From Candidatus Zhuqueibacterota bacterium (lineage in GTDB: Bacteria > SM23-31): a stretch of DNA of 64,000 bases. Location: assembly GCA_042564455.1 (NCBI GenBank), contig JBHPLC010000003.1, positions 8,394 through 72,393 on the forward strand. The letters are read 5' to 3'. Position 1 is the stretch's first letter, and each line of letters opens with the position of its first letter. The notes below the pieces were generated by a model. It was not told the DNA's origin. It saw only the letters and a list, made by a program, of their open reading frames with translations, and searched no databases. Positions 1-9,636 of this stretch are shown piece by piece. The position numbers and the translations under genes were made by a program.

Positions 1-859
1 GTTTTAAGAATGCGACCAGGCGGTTGGCTTTCATCGAATTCGCATAATTCTGATAGGTCTTGTTGATGAACCGGTTTTTTTCGTACTCTTCCCGGTTATA
101 TGTCTTTATGATCTTTATTGCTGTGATGGATTCCTGTAGAAACGCATTGATATCGGCTATCTTTGCCATTATCTTCCTGCTGATCTTCCTTATCGCATCG
201 GCAAATAGTTTCAGGATAATACCGGTGACTGGGAATACAAAGAGTGTAAGCAGGGTCAGTTTCCAGTCGGTCAGCACAAGTGCGGTCACATAAATTATAG
301 TATAGACGAATGCCTGCATCAGTACTACGAACGAACCGAGGGACTGTTCGACGATCTGGACGTCGTTCGTGACACGCGACATGACCTCGCCTGTCTTGCT
401 GCGGTCGTAGAACTGCATCTTCAGGTTCAAGAGCCTTGTAAAGAGCTTGTCGCGAATGTTCTTGACAGTCTTCTGGATGACAGAGGACATCAGGTATTCT
501 TTGGAATAAACACAGAATCCCTTGAACAGGAACAGTATTCCCACGATGATCCCGACCGTTATCATCAGGTCTTTTGCCTGATCGACACTGAAGATCTCGT
601 ACGGCTGAAAGATCACCCTGTCTATACCAAGTTTTTCCAGGGATATACCGTCGATCCGTGCGATGGTTTCTCCCGATCCGGCTACATTCGTGCTTATCTG
701 GCTGATACCGTCTATCAGCCGGGACATGATGTTGGCGAATATGGCGTCACTCGAACCCATAAGAGCTGTGCACATCACACCGAAGAATATCCTCACCCGG
801 TATAGTTTCAGGAAGGACATCAGCCTTTTGAAAGTGCCTTTACCGCTTTTTTCAGCCAT
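1..859 (-). CDS. ABC exporter transmembrane domain (MsbA/type I exporter-like), truncated by window start
   Basis: Found by hand on the minus strand; it is absent from the ORF track because it runs off the edge. ATG at 857-859, read to position 1. Translation MAEKSGKGTFKRLMSFLKLY...MQFYDRSKTGEVMSRVTNDV has the six-helix ABC exporter TMD pattern and the conserved TGE..SR.TNDV motif. Confidence 0.8.
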   Translation of the reverse strand, partial: MAEKSGKGTFKRLMSFLKLYRVRIFFGVMCTALMGSSDAIFANIMSRLIDGISQISTNVAGSGETIARIDGISLEKLGIDRVIFQPYEIFSVDQAKDLMITVGIIVGILFLFKGFCVYSKEYLMSSVIQKTVKNIRDKLFTRLLNLKMQFYDRSKTGEVMSRVTNDVQIVEQSLGSFVVLMQAFVYTIIYVTALVLTDWKLTLLTLFVFPVTGIILKLFADAIRKISRKIMAKIADINAFLQESITAIKIIKTYNREEYEKNRFINKTYQNYANSMKANRLVAFLK

Positions 860-1057
860 CTGTTTGTCGGTATATATTAAGATAGAATTAATATTTATGA
901 AAAAGATTGTTTACCAAACCTAATAATGTAGCAAAAACATGAAAATATTGCAAATGGTTTAATTATGGGAGTAATTTGCGAATATTCGGATGGATGATAA
1001 GGATGTATTAATTCTGCCAGACTACCCTTCTAAGAAAGTGACCTTCGAACGGCAACA

Positions 1058-1097
1058 TCCCCCTCAGTCCCCCTTCGAAGGGGGAATTAAAGGGGGA
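1058..1097. repeat. GC-rich nested palindrome tcccccT-cagt-CCCCCTTCGAAGGGGG-aattaa-Aggggga in AT-rich intergenic space
   Basis: The inner 16-bp perfect palindrome is 1069-1084. The outer 7-bp arms are 1058-1064 and 1091-1097. No flanking T-run. Confidence 0.5.
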
Positions 1098-1189
1098 TGT
1101 ATAGTATAAAATATTTAATAAACTGGTCTACAAACTCAGTTTAAGGATACTACAACTACCGGCAATTGGATTTACACCCAATGATTGAC

Positions 1190-1933
1190 CTACTTAAAAA
1201 TGTTGGTCATTTTGGATTCGTCGAGTTTTATGTAGGTTGGTTCTGTTACCTCGACTGGATAGAACCATGAGTATTTCCAGATCTTCTCACCGGTCAGGAG
1301 AATTGAATAATATTCGTCAACCGAAAGGTAAGTCAGGTCTTGATCTTTTGTAATGGATTTGAACACGTACGCAAAGAATTTTCCTTTAGGGACTTTCGGA
1401 TAAAAAAAATGGCCGGTTTCCGAAACTTGTGCCAGGTACTTTATTTCGTTGTCCATGATCGCCTGCAGAGCATAGTTAAAACTTCCGCTTACATTCAGCA
1501 TTTCGGTCTTTGCCTGACGGTACAGCTGCTTTACACTGTCCGCTTCCGCAACAGTCCTCTCAACCAGGGCTTTATGTTCCCTGTAAGTATCCGAATTTTC
1601 ATTCCTCGAGCCGTAAATGGTCTTGAAGGTCATTTCGGCACTGATCGCAGTCTCTTCATAAACAGGGATATGTTCCTCGAGAGTTTTGATCAGATCCGAA
1701 ACCTCTAATGCATCCCTGTTATAATAGACTTTCATGGAATCTATAGCTGCCTGGATCCTTGCTGACATTAATATCACGATCATATTATCATAAACATTCA
1801 GTGAAACTTCCGGGGGCGTGTTTATTTCTATTTCCCCTTCGAGGGTGCTCCAGCGGTTTTTTTCGAGGCAAATGGCAAGTATAAATATTGATATGGTGAT
1901 CAGGACAATTAGAAAGGCGACAAATTTCATCAA
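1190..1933 (-). CDS. hypothetical N-terminally membrane-anchored protein
   Basis: 247-aa ORF with an N-terminal hydrophobic helix (FLIVLITISIFILAI). ATGA overlap with the downstream BamB-like gene suggests co-transcription. I recognise no motif. Confidence 0.5.
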   Translation of the reverse strand: MMKFVAFLIVLITISIFILAICLEKNRWSTLEGEIEINTPPEVSLNVYDNMIVILMSARIQAAIDSMKVYYNRDALEVSDLIKTLEEHIPVYEETAISAEMTFKTIYGSRNENSDTYREHKALVERTVAEADSVKQLYRQAKTEMLNVSGSFNYALQAIMDNEIKYLAQVSETGHFFYPKVPKGKFFAYVFKSITKDQDLTYLSVDEYYSILLTGEKIWKYSWFYPVEVTEPTYIKLDESKMTNIFK

Positions 1934-3072
1934 CTCTCCGGTTTTCCAAAGACATATAAAAATCTGTTCTCAACCGGGAATATCAGCTTACCATTGAAGT
2001 AAGCGGGATTTGACGATACCCGTCCTTCAACGGGATATTCCCAAAGAAGATCTCCTGTTGCGCTCTCCAAAGAATATACAATTTTATTTAAAGAACCAAA
2101 ATAAATTTTTGATCCGACTGCAAGACAGGATGTATTTACTACGGATCCAACGGCGAATTTCCACTGTTCTTCACCTGTCGCAGCATCCAGCGAATAAACA
2201 TTTTCATCGTTACAGCCGAAAATCACCCTTCCTCCGGCAACTGTGGGTGAGGAATAGACCGCACCGGCGGTCTTGAATTCCCAGTTTATGTTTCCCGATG
2301 CGGGATCCAGTGACAAAAGACGGTTTCCCACTGTACCCCAAAAGATCATTCTGCCGTCGGAAGCCGGTGATCCCCGCAGGATATCCCCGGTATCAAAACT
2401 CCAAATCTCACTACCTGAATTAATGTCCAGGGCGTATATTTTCCCTTTTATGGATCCTGCAAAGACCTTATCTCCAAGTACAAGCATCCCGGAGTAAACA
2501 CTGGAACCTGCATCGAATTCCCACTTGATCTCACCTGATTTTTTATCTAAACAGTATATGTCACCCTTGATATTTGCGGCGAATACATATTCATTGTAAA
2601 CAGAGGCTGCACTTTCGATGTATCCGAGGTCTTTTCGCCACAGATATTTACCTTTATGAATGTTATATGCCCGGAATGTCCTGTTTCCCTTTATGGTCGA
2701 ATAATAAAGCACACTGTCGTCATAAGCAGGAGCTCCAAACATCGGCTCCTTTATCTTCATCTCATCGATCTTGTCTCCTTCAGACAATTCAAATACTTCG
2801 ATAAAACCTTTTCTTGAAGTACAGATCACATTATTGTCCAGAACCACCATAGATGAGCTTATCATGGATTTAGGCTTTAACTTAAAAAGCAGTATAATGT
2901 CCCCATCGATCTTATCATAACTCATGTTGTTATGCAGCTGCCCCCCGCCGTACTCCGACCAGGGTTTTCCCGCATCTTCCTTTGCTACCCTGACACGTCC
3001 CGTACAAGCGGCAAAGAAAACACTCAGAATAAGAACCGCTGCTATAATATATTTTGGTCTAACCTTTTTCAT
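1930..3072 (-). CDS. PQQ-repeat beta-propeller lipoprotein, BamB-like
   Basis: Lipoprotein signal (LSVFFAAC). Repeated Y.LD..SG...W.F..G blades typical of PQQ/BamB propellers (YCLDKKSGEIKWEF, YALDINSGSEIWSF, LSLDPASGNINWEF, YSLDAATGEEQWKF, YSLESATGDLLWEY). Confidence 0.7.
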   Translation of the reverse strand: MKKVRPKYIIAAVLILSVFFAACTGRVRVAKEDAGKPWSEYGGGQLHNNMSYDKIDGDIILLFKLKPKSMISSSMVVLDNNVICTSRKGFIEVFELSEGDKIDEMKIKEPMFGAPAYDDSVLYYSTIKGNRTFRAYNIHKGKYLWRKDLGYIESAASVYNEYVFAANIKGDIYCLDKKSGEIKWEFDAGSSVYSGMLVLGDKVFAGSIKGKIYALDINSGSEIWSFDTGDILRGSPASDGRMIFWGTVGNRLLSLDPASGNINWEFKTAGAVYSSPTVAGGRVIFGCNDENVYSLDAATGEEQWKFAVGSVVNTSCLAVGSKIYFGSLNKIVYSLESATGDLLWEYPVEGRVSSNPAYFNGKLIFPVENRFLYVFGKPES

Positions 3073-3094
3073 AATATCTTTCTTTTTAACCAGA

Positions 3095-6037
3095 TTAAAA
3101 ATCCCAACCGAAAAAGAACTTGGTATAAGTGGATTTCTCTATATTTCTGAGGCTGCCGTTGAATCTTCTGCCTATATCCAGCCTGAATACTACACCGCCC
3201 AGAAAGTTAAATCTTAAACCTCCTCCTACACTGCCCAGTTTCTGCGGATACTCCATCGATGAAAAGATAATATCTTCTTTTTCATAATCATCGACCTTGG
3301 CGGCATCAATATATAAAGCTCCTCTTAATGATCTTATTCCAAAACCGCCGAAAGGAAATCTTATACCAATATCATCGATGAACGGGAATCTATACTCTGC
3401 CGATACAAAATCAATATGCTGTCCCCATATCCTCCACATACCGTATCCCCTGAGGTCCCAGCTCCCGCCAATATAGAACCTTCTTGCTTCTCTTCCTTTA
3501 TTTCTGTATGATGATAATCTGACAGCAAGAGCCTGCCGGTTGGATACACGGAAATACTTCCTCAGGTCGACCATTACGGTGCTGTAATTCACGTTGTTGA
3601 AACTGATATCTTTTGTCAATCCTACTGAAACAAGGTATCTCGAACCGTCCATTGGACCAGTGGGGCCCCAGAGAGAGTTATCCCAGACATAAGTGAGGAA
3701 ATTACCCGACAATAATGCCACTCTCTCCTGATCATCGACTAATCTGTCCCGCTCAGACCTGCCGAAATTGGAATCTATTTCAATTCTCTGGAAAGTCGAG
3801 ATCGGATAGCTCGCCCCGAAGAATCCTCCATAATACCTTTCATTGAAATAGAAATCAGACAGATTATATCTTCGTCCTGAGTAATGAAATACCCCGTAGC
3901 CGAAATTTGTCCGTTTTTTCAGTGAAGTTCTGGCAATTGCAAAATTAAAACTACGCAGGAGGCTCTCCATAGTCTGGGCAGTGTTGTAAAGCAGAAAATA
4001 ATATTGATCGTTGCCCAGAATGTCCGAGATGGCGATCTGCGCACCACTGATCGAGCTGTATATAGGATCATAAGACACCTGTCCCTGAGCAATGTCGAGA
4101 CTGTATGTTTTTGTATAGGACTTTACGTTTTTCCCCTCAATACTTGAGATCCTTCCGGGAGTCCAGGATTCAAAATCAACTATAACCGAGGTTGTTATTA
4201 CAGTTTTTTCCTCATAGCCTTTAAATGCATCTTTCAACTGTCTTATCTGGTAACTGTATTCCTCGAATGATGTGAAAAATATATCCCCGTCCGGCGTAAC
4301 TTCCGGATTGAAGACACCGGTCACAAAACTCGTGATCTTCTTGATCTCACCCGGGATATACATATTTGCCGAGACAGGATTATAAGTACCGGACATTGAG
4401 GTATTGTCATTTTTTGCCAGTAACAGTTCTGTATTGCTCTTTTTTATTTTCATCGGATCTGCCTGGACCAGTTCCATACTCATTGTATAGATATTCGATG
4501 CTCCGCCTCTGTCGGACGTAAAAACGACAAACTCTCCATCCGGAGACCACGTCGGGGCTGCATCAACGTGTGATCCTTCGGTCAGTTTAAATATCTCATC
4601 CAGGAAGAGATTCTTAATAAAAATATTATATCCCCCCTCTTTACCGAATTTAGATCTGTCAGAGGAAAAAACGATCGAACCGTCGTCCGGAGACCACCTG
4701 GGAGACAGATCTTCGTAAAAATCATCCGTATGCTGAGTAAGGATACCGGATTCGACATCAAGTATATAAATATCAGCGTGGCCGGACATGTTAACGGCTG
4801 AAAAAGTGATAAGTTTATTGTTGTTCGACCATGCGGGAGAAGACATGGAAACTATATTATCAAAAACAAAACTGTTAATCACGTCTTTTTCCATGGTGTC
4901 GAAGAGATAAAGGACGTCTTTTTCACCGCTTTTTGTAACGAAGGCAAGTATCCCCTCAGAATTCACGTCAATTGTGCTTTTCAGAAAATGAATCGTTTCG
5001 AAACGGCTGGTCCTTTCACCTTTTATAAGATTCCTGGTTTTCAGTTTTTCCTTTTCATAGGGCATTGTTACAATATTTGTATATCCGCTCGTATTTGAAA
5101 CAAAAGCTATATGTTTCTCGCCGTTATTATAATAAAAAGAAGGCGCTTCATTAAATCCTTCGTCAGTTATTTGTTTTGAGGCCATTCGAATAATATCATT
5201 GGTCTCTAAAACAGGATAATACTTCTTCTTTAAATGGTATACCCATTCATCATTAAGATCCGATAACTTTTTACCGAGCACATATTGTATGACATCTTCA
5301 AACTTTTTTTCGCGGATAATGTTCTCAAGGATTAATAGCAGTTTTTCTTCTCCGTACGTATCTTCTATATACCTGAGAAAGCTTTCAGCTTCTTTGTACA
5401 TAAGATATGAGCCGCTGATCAGACTGAATTTTGTTGCAGGGATCAGTGTATTCTCAATCACCTGATCGATCATGACCATTTCGGACCTGGAGTCACCTTC
5501 GCTTGACCAGACTTCCGCAATTCCTTCCGTAAACCACAGAGGCGGCTGTTTGAAATGAAATTTACCCTGATTTTTCTGTACCCAATAGACTTTACTGTGC
5601 ATAAATACATGAACAAGCTCATGCCGGATAACCTTCTTGAAGCTTGTTGCGGAACCGTCACTGGGTATGACAACCCTTCCTTTAAAAAACTCGAAAAAAC
5701 CGCCGACACCTTCGGGCAGGAAATTCGGAATGGTATTTGTTTGCTGGAAATGCAAATGAGAGCTGTAAAAAATAAGCGGGATCTTTGCTGTTATCGAGTG
5801 ATTGAACTTGCTTTCAAGCAGTTTATAGCTTTCTTCAGCGTAATAGGCGCCTCTTTCGGCTAATTCGCGCATTTCGGGATAATAATAAATATCAAAATGC
5901 TCAGTTGAAAGCACCATCCAGTCGAATTTAGTATACTGGATCTTGTTACGACCGAAATAAAAGCCCTGAGAAAATGCTTCGCTCAAGAAAACGGTGGTCA
6001 ATAAAACAGTTATAATGATATACTTTTTCATTTCCAT
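3095..6037 (-). CDS. large secreted protein: HExxH metallopeptidase-like N-domain + TolB/WD40-like propeller repeats + C-terminal Omp85-family beta-barrel
   Basis: Signal peptide, then a HELVH motif (IRHELVHVFMH). Repeated S/A-P-x-W-S-P-D-G blades (SPRWSPDDGSIVFSSDR, APTWSPDGEFVVFTSDRGG). C-terminal about 300 aa rich in alternating aromatic strands with an LRGY motif (the Omp85 loop-6 VRGF/Y signature). The protein ends FFFGWDF. Confidence 0.6.
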   Translation of the reverse strand: MEMKKYIIITVLLTTVFLSEAFSQGFYFGRNKIQYTKFDWMVLSTEHFDIYYYPEMRELAERGAYYAEESYKLLESKFNHSITAKIPLIFYSSHLHFQQTNTIPNFLPEGVGGFFEFFKGRVVIPSDGSATSFKKVIRHELVHVFMHSKVYWVQKNQGKFHFKQPPLWFTEGIAEVWSSEGDSRSEMVMIDQVIENTLIPATKFSLISGSYLMYKEAESFLRYIEDTYGEEKLLLILENIIREKKFEDVIQYVLGKKLSDLNDEWVYHLKKKYYPVLETNDIIRMASKQITDEGFNEAPSFYYNNGEKHIAFVSNTSGYTNIVTMPYEKEKLKTRNLIKGERTSRFETIHFLKSTIDVNSEGILAFVTKSGEKDVLYLFDTMEKDVINSFVFDNIVSMSSPAWSNNNKLITFSAVNMSGHADIYILDVESGILTQHTDDFYEDLSPRWSPDDGSIVFSSDRSKFGKEGGYNIFIKNLFLDEIFKLTEGSHVDAAPTWSPDGEFVVFTSDRGGASNIYTMSMELVQADPMKIKKSNTELLLAKNDNTSMSGTYNPVSANMYIPGEIKKITSFVTGVFNPEVTPDGDIFFTSFEEYSYQIRQLKDAFKGYEEKTVITTSVIVDFESWTPGRISSIEGKNVKSYTKTYSLDIAQGQVSYDPIYSSISGAQIAISDILGNDQYYFLLYNTAQTMESLLRSFNFAIARTSLKKRTNFGYGVFHYSGRRYNLSDFYFNERYYGGFFGASYPISTFQRIEIDSNFGRSERDRLVDDQERVALLSGNFLTYVWDNSLWGPTGPMDGSRYLVSVGLTKDISFNNVNYSTVMVDLRKYFRVSNRQALAVRLSSYRNKGREARRFYIGGSWDLRGYGMWRIWGQHIDFVSAEYRFPFIDDIGIRFPFGGFGIRSLRGALYIDAAKVDDYEKEDIIFSSMEYPQKLGSVGGGLRFNFLGGVVFRLDIGRRFNGSLRNIEKSTYTKFFFGWDF

Positions 6038-6143
6038 TTTCTTTCATATTAATAATTAGGCACCTGCATCCTCTCCGTAATTACTAACCGCACCAAAATG
6101 AAAACTTTAAATTCTCTTTTTCTTAACTATACTCCTTATTAAA

Positions 6144-6788
6144 TTAACCTTTATTAAGTTTATTCAGTTCCTTTTTGACAATTTTTTCAAAAATTAAACT
6201 CGTATCATTATACAAGTCTTCTTCTGTACCATTGTTATATATTACAAGACCTGACTGTTTAATATTATTATCCTGTGATCTCTGCAATTCCATTCTTTCT
6301 AATATTTCCTCACGTGAAGATCCATCCCTGTCAACGATCCTTTCAATCCTTTTTTCATCATCCGCAGCAACAGTAATGACAAAATCAAATTCTTCAGCAA
6401 TACCGGATTCGAATATCAATGCTGCATCAACAACAATAAGAGGATAAGTTCCCTTTTTGATATTCTCATTTATTATATCAAATATACACCTAATAACAAC
6501 CGGATGAACAATTTCATTAAGTTTTAAAATGGATTCCTGGTCTTTAAAAACAACATGTTTCAATTTTTCTTTTACAATTTTACCATCCGGACCGCAGACC
6601 TTATTACCGAACTTTTCCAAAACTTTATCATGAACTTCCGGATCTTCCCAGAGAATCTTTTTTGCGATACTGTCGGCATCTAATATAAATGCGCCTTTTT
6701 CCCGGAAAATCATAGCGACTGTTGATTTACCGCTTCCGATCCCTCCGGTGACTGCAATTACCGGACACCGTTTTTTTGAATTTTCCAT
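6144..6788 (-). CDS. coaE: dephospho-CoA kinase
   Basis: P-loop IAVTGGIGSGKST at the N-terminus. About 200 aa, a typical CoaE layout. Confidence 0.8.
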   Translation of the reverse strand: MENSKKRCPVIAVTGGIGSGKSTVAMIFREKGAFILDADSIAKKILWEDPEVHDKVLEKFGNKVCGPDGKIVKEKLKHVVFKDQESILKLNEIVHPVVIRCIFDIINENIKKGTYPLIVVDAALIFESGIAEEFDFVITVAADDEKRIERIVDRDGSSREEILERMELQRSQDNNIKQSGLVIYNNGTEEDLYNDTSLIFEKIVKKELNKLNKG

Positions 6789-6790
6789 AT

Positions 6791-7894
6791 TTATTCTGAT
6801 TCTAAGGAAAGCTCGTCTGTCTCGATCTGTTCACCCTGTTCCATCCTGATCTTAAGTTTCAGATCATTAGCACTGTCCGCAGCCTTGATCGCAGTGTCAT
6901 AGCCAATAATTTCATCTTTATAAAGTTCATATAAATGCTGATCAAAGGTCTGCATACCTTCATGTGTGCTTGCGGCTATTACTTCCTTCAGACCTGCTGT
7001 ATCACCTTTATGAATAAGGTCCGTCACCCTTGGTGATCCGAGCATTATTTCAAGAACCGCCGCTCTACCATTTCCATCCTTTTTTGGAATGAGTCTCTGG
7101 CAGACTACACCGTGAAGGTTAAGCGACAGCTGCATATAAACAGTTCTGTGTTCCTCAACAGGAAAAAAGTTCAGTATACGTTCAAGAGTCTGATTTGCAT
7201 TATTTGAGTGAAGAGTACTAAAGACCAGATGGCCTGTTTCAGCAAATGAGATCGCGGCTTCCATTGTTTCCCTGTCTCTGATCTCACCGATAAGGATCAC
7301 ATCAGGCGCTTGTCTTAAAGCGCTTTTTAATGCATTCTTGAAGGATAAAGTATCCATACCGACTTCCCGCTGAGTTACGATACTCTTTTTGTGCTGGTGG
7401 ATGAATTCCAATGGATCTTCTATCGTGATAATATGTCCGTTCTTATTGCTGTTCCTATGGTCAATTATAGCGGCCAGAGTAGTGGATTTTCCAGATCCGG
7501 TAGCTCCTGTAACAAGAACCAATCCGCGTGAGAGCATGGAAAGATCAGCCAGTATTTCAGGAAGTTTAAGCTGTTCCATTGACAGAATTTCCAGTTTTAT
7601 CTGCCGAATCACCATTGCTACAGAATTGCGCTGTCTCATAATATTTACACGAAATCTGCCTAATCCGGGCAGGCTGTAAGCGAGGTTCTGCTCCAGAGTA
7701 GTTTCAAAATCAGATGTCTGATCATCCCGCATCAGAGAAAATGCCATCTTGGTTATCTGGTCGTTATCAAGCTTATCATTCCCGATCCTTATAAATTTAC
7801 CGCGAGCTGTCATCGACGGAGGAGCACCAACCGTAAGATATAGATCAGATGCATCCTGTTTAATCATTGTTTTGAGCAGCGCATCCAATTTCAT
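6791..7894 (-). CDS. pilT: type IV pilus retraction ATPase, PilT/PilU family
   Basis: 367 aa. Walker A GATGSGKSTT, plus the conserved PilT blocks RVN..RQ and IGEIRD.ET. N-terminal DLYL..G.PP. Confidence 0.8.
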   Translation of the reverse strand: MKLDALLKTMIKQDASDLYLTVGAPPSMTARGKFIRIGNDKLDNDQITKMAFSLMRDDQTSDFETTLEQNLAYSLPGLGRFRVNIMRQRNSVAMVIRQIKLEILSMEQLKLPEILADLSMLSRGLVLVTGATGSGKSTTLAAIIDHRNSNKNGHIITIEDPLEFIHQHKKSIVTQREVGMDTLSFKNALKSALRQAPDVILIGEIRDRETMEAAISFAETGHLVFSTLHSNNANQTLERILNFFPVEEHRTVYMQLSLNLHGVVCQRLIPKKDGNGRAAVLEIMLGSPRVTDLIHKGDTAGLKEVIAASTHEGMQTFDQHLYELYKDEIIGYDTAIKAADSANDLKLKIRMEQGEQIETDELSLESE

Positions 7895-7982
7895 ATAATA
7901 TCCCTTTAATTTATTAGCACAGAAAGAACAAGAACATAAAATCTATTATAATTAAAAATATTTATAGGATTTGTCAAGTAGT

Positions 7983-8822
7983 TTAACTGAAATTCCTATT
8001 ATTAAGCAATTCTATCAGGTCATTTATTGAAAAAACACCTTGGATCTTTATATCTGTTAATTTTGAGACTTCTTCACAGATCGATACGATCTCAGGTTTC
8101 CCAAGGCTTAGTTCTTTTAACTTTATATCGTTGTAGAATAGGTCATCTGATGAGCCGTCATATATAATTTTACCACGATCCAGAACAATAATTCTATTTG
8201 AAATTCGCGCAACGAAATCAAGATTATGCGAAACGACACAGACAGTTTTGTCCCGATCGTGTAAATTCCTGACAAGTTTTTCTATTTCAGATGATGATCT
8301 GTAATCAAGTCCCATTGTCGGTTCATCAAGAAACAGTATTTCAGGATCAGAGGCTATGATACCCGCTATTGCGATCTTTCTCTGTTCTCCGTTGCTTAAC
8401 TGATGAGGCGATCTTTGAGCATAGATATCGGGGGACATCCCAACTTTTTCTAATGATTGGTATACCAGTTCTTTTAAGTTTTCTGCTTTCCCGTTCGATC
8501 TCTGCAGCCCAAAAGCAACATCTTTGAACACAGTTTCTTCAAACAGCTGTTTCTCGGGAAACTGAAAAACCAGACCGATCTTTTTTCTATAGTTCTTCCA
8601 GTCTTTCTGACCGAACAGTTTCCTTTTATCTATTTCAACCGCACCTTCGGTAGGATATAAAAGACCTGCGCATAATTGGAGAAGTGTAGATTTTCCCGCA
8701 CCTGTCTTACCTATGATCCCTAACAATTCCCCCTTTTTTATACTTAGGTTGATCTCTGATAAAATGTTCTTCTCAGGATTGGCAGGATATGCAAAATTAA
8801 CATTTTCTAAACATAGATTCAT
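7983..8822 (-). CDS. ABC ATPase, ECF-transporter EcfA/CbiO type (second of pair)
   Basis: Walker A GKTGAGKST, a Q-loop FQFPEKQLF in the CbiO-style, signature LSNGEQRKIAIAG, Walker B LFLDEPTMGLD. 279 aa, no transmembrane domain. Confidence 0.75.
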   Translation of the reverse strand: MNLCLENVNFAYPANPEKNILSEINLSIKKGELLGIIGKTGAGKSTLLQLCAGLLYPTEGAVEIDKRKLFGQKDWKNYRKKIGLVFQFPEKQLFEETVFKDVAFGLQRSNGKAENLKELVYQSLEKVGMSPDIYAQRSPHQLSNGEQRKIAIAGIIASDPEILFLDEPTMGLDYRSSSEIEKLVRNLHDRDKTVCVVSHNLDFVARISNRIIVLDRGKIIYDGSSDDLFYNDIKLKELSLGKPEIVSICEEVSKLTDIKIQGVFSINDLIELLNNRNFS

Positions 8823-8835
8823 AATAAATAATTGT

Positions 8836-9636
8836 CTAATTCAGCATTCCTTTTGAAATCTTTAATGACGGAACAGCATTTTTCAGTTGATATCTTAACG
8901 GGACCTCAATACCTATTTTCTCTAACACGCTCTGATTTTTCGTAAAAACTTTGTCAGGACTGTCATCAAGTATCAATTCCCCCTCGTTAAGAACAATCAG
9001 TCTGTCACAGAATAACGCTTCATAAGAAAATTGAGTAATCAATACTATGGAAAAACCATCTTTCTTCCTGTTTTTAAATCCACCGGTTAGCAGATCCGTG
9101 ATCATTTTTCTGTCTTCGGAATCAAGATATGAAGTCGATTCATCAAGGAAGAGATATTTGGGCATGGTGATCATAACAGATGCGATAGCAAGTTTTTGTT
9201 TTTGACCTCCGGAAAGCTGATTAGGCGAATATCCCTTTAAATCCTGCATCTGGAAATCACATATCGTTTTATTAACCTGTTTAATCATTTCTTCTTTGTC
9301 AACAGAGCGGTTCTCAAGAGCAAAAGCCAGTTCATGTTCGAGTACATTAGTTAATAGCTGGTTATCCGGATTCTGAAATACAATACCGGTAAGATCTCTG
9401 ATCTCTCTGGTTTTTAGCAGTGTATTTATATCTTTCTGATCGATAACGATAGTACCTGAAGATACCTGCCGTAGACCTGTCAGAGCTAATGCCAAAGTGG
9501 ATTTGCCCGAACCGTTAGGTCCGATAATACAAACAAATTCCGAATCATTAATTTCAAGCGATATATTTTTAAGTGCAAATATTGTTTTGCCGTCTGCGGA
9601 GGGATATTCGACACAAACATCTTTACATCTTATCAT
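8836..9636 (-). CDS. ABC ATPase, ECF-transporter EcfA/CbiO type (first of pair)
   Basis: GPNGSGKST, FQNPDNQL (CbiO hallmark), LSGGQKQKLAIA, LFLDESTSYLD. It overlaps the larC stop by 14 nt. Confidence 0.75.
   Translation of the reverse strand: MIRCKDVCVEYPSADGKTIFALKNISLEINDSEFVCIIGPNGSGKSTLALALTGLRQVSSGTIVIDQKDINTLLKTREIRDLTGIVFQNPDNQLLTNVLEHELAFALENRSVDKEEMIKQVNKTICDFQMQDLKGYSPNQLSGGQKQKLAIASVMITMPKYLFLDESTSYLDSEDRKMITDLLTGGFKNRKKDGFSIVLITQFSYEALFCDRLIVLNEGELILDDSPDKVFTKNQSVLEKIGIEVPLRYQLKNAVPSLKISKGMLN

Noticed and set aside
3361-5863. Several 60-100-aa ORFs on either strand inside the 980-aa gene
   Set aside because: They are embedded in a long, motif-bearing ORF. No independent signals.
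7895-7982. Promoter upstream of pilT (TTGACA present on minus strand)
   Set aside because: The -35 hexamer is perfect, but no -10 element lies at 16-19-nt spacing (TATAAT is 20 nt away), so it is not called.
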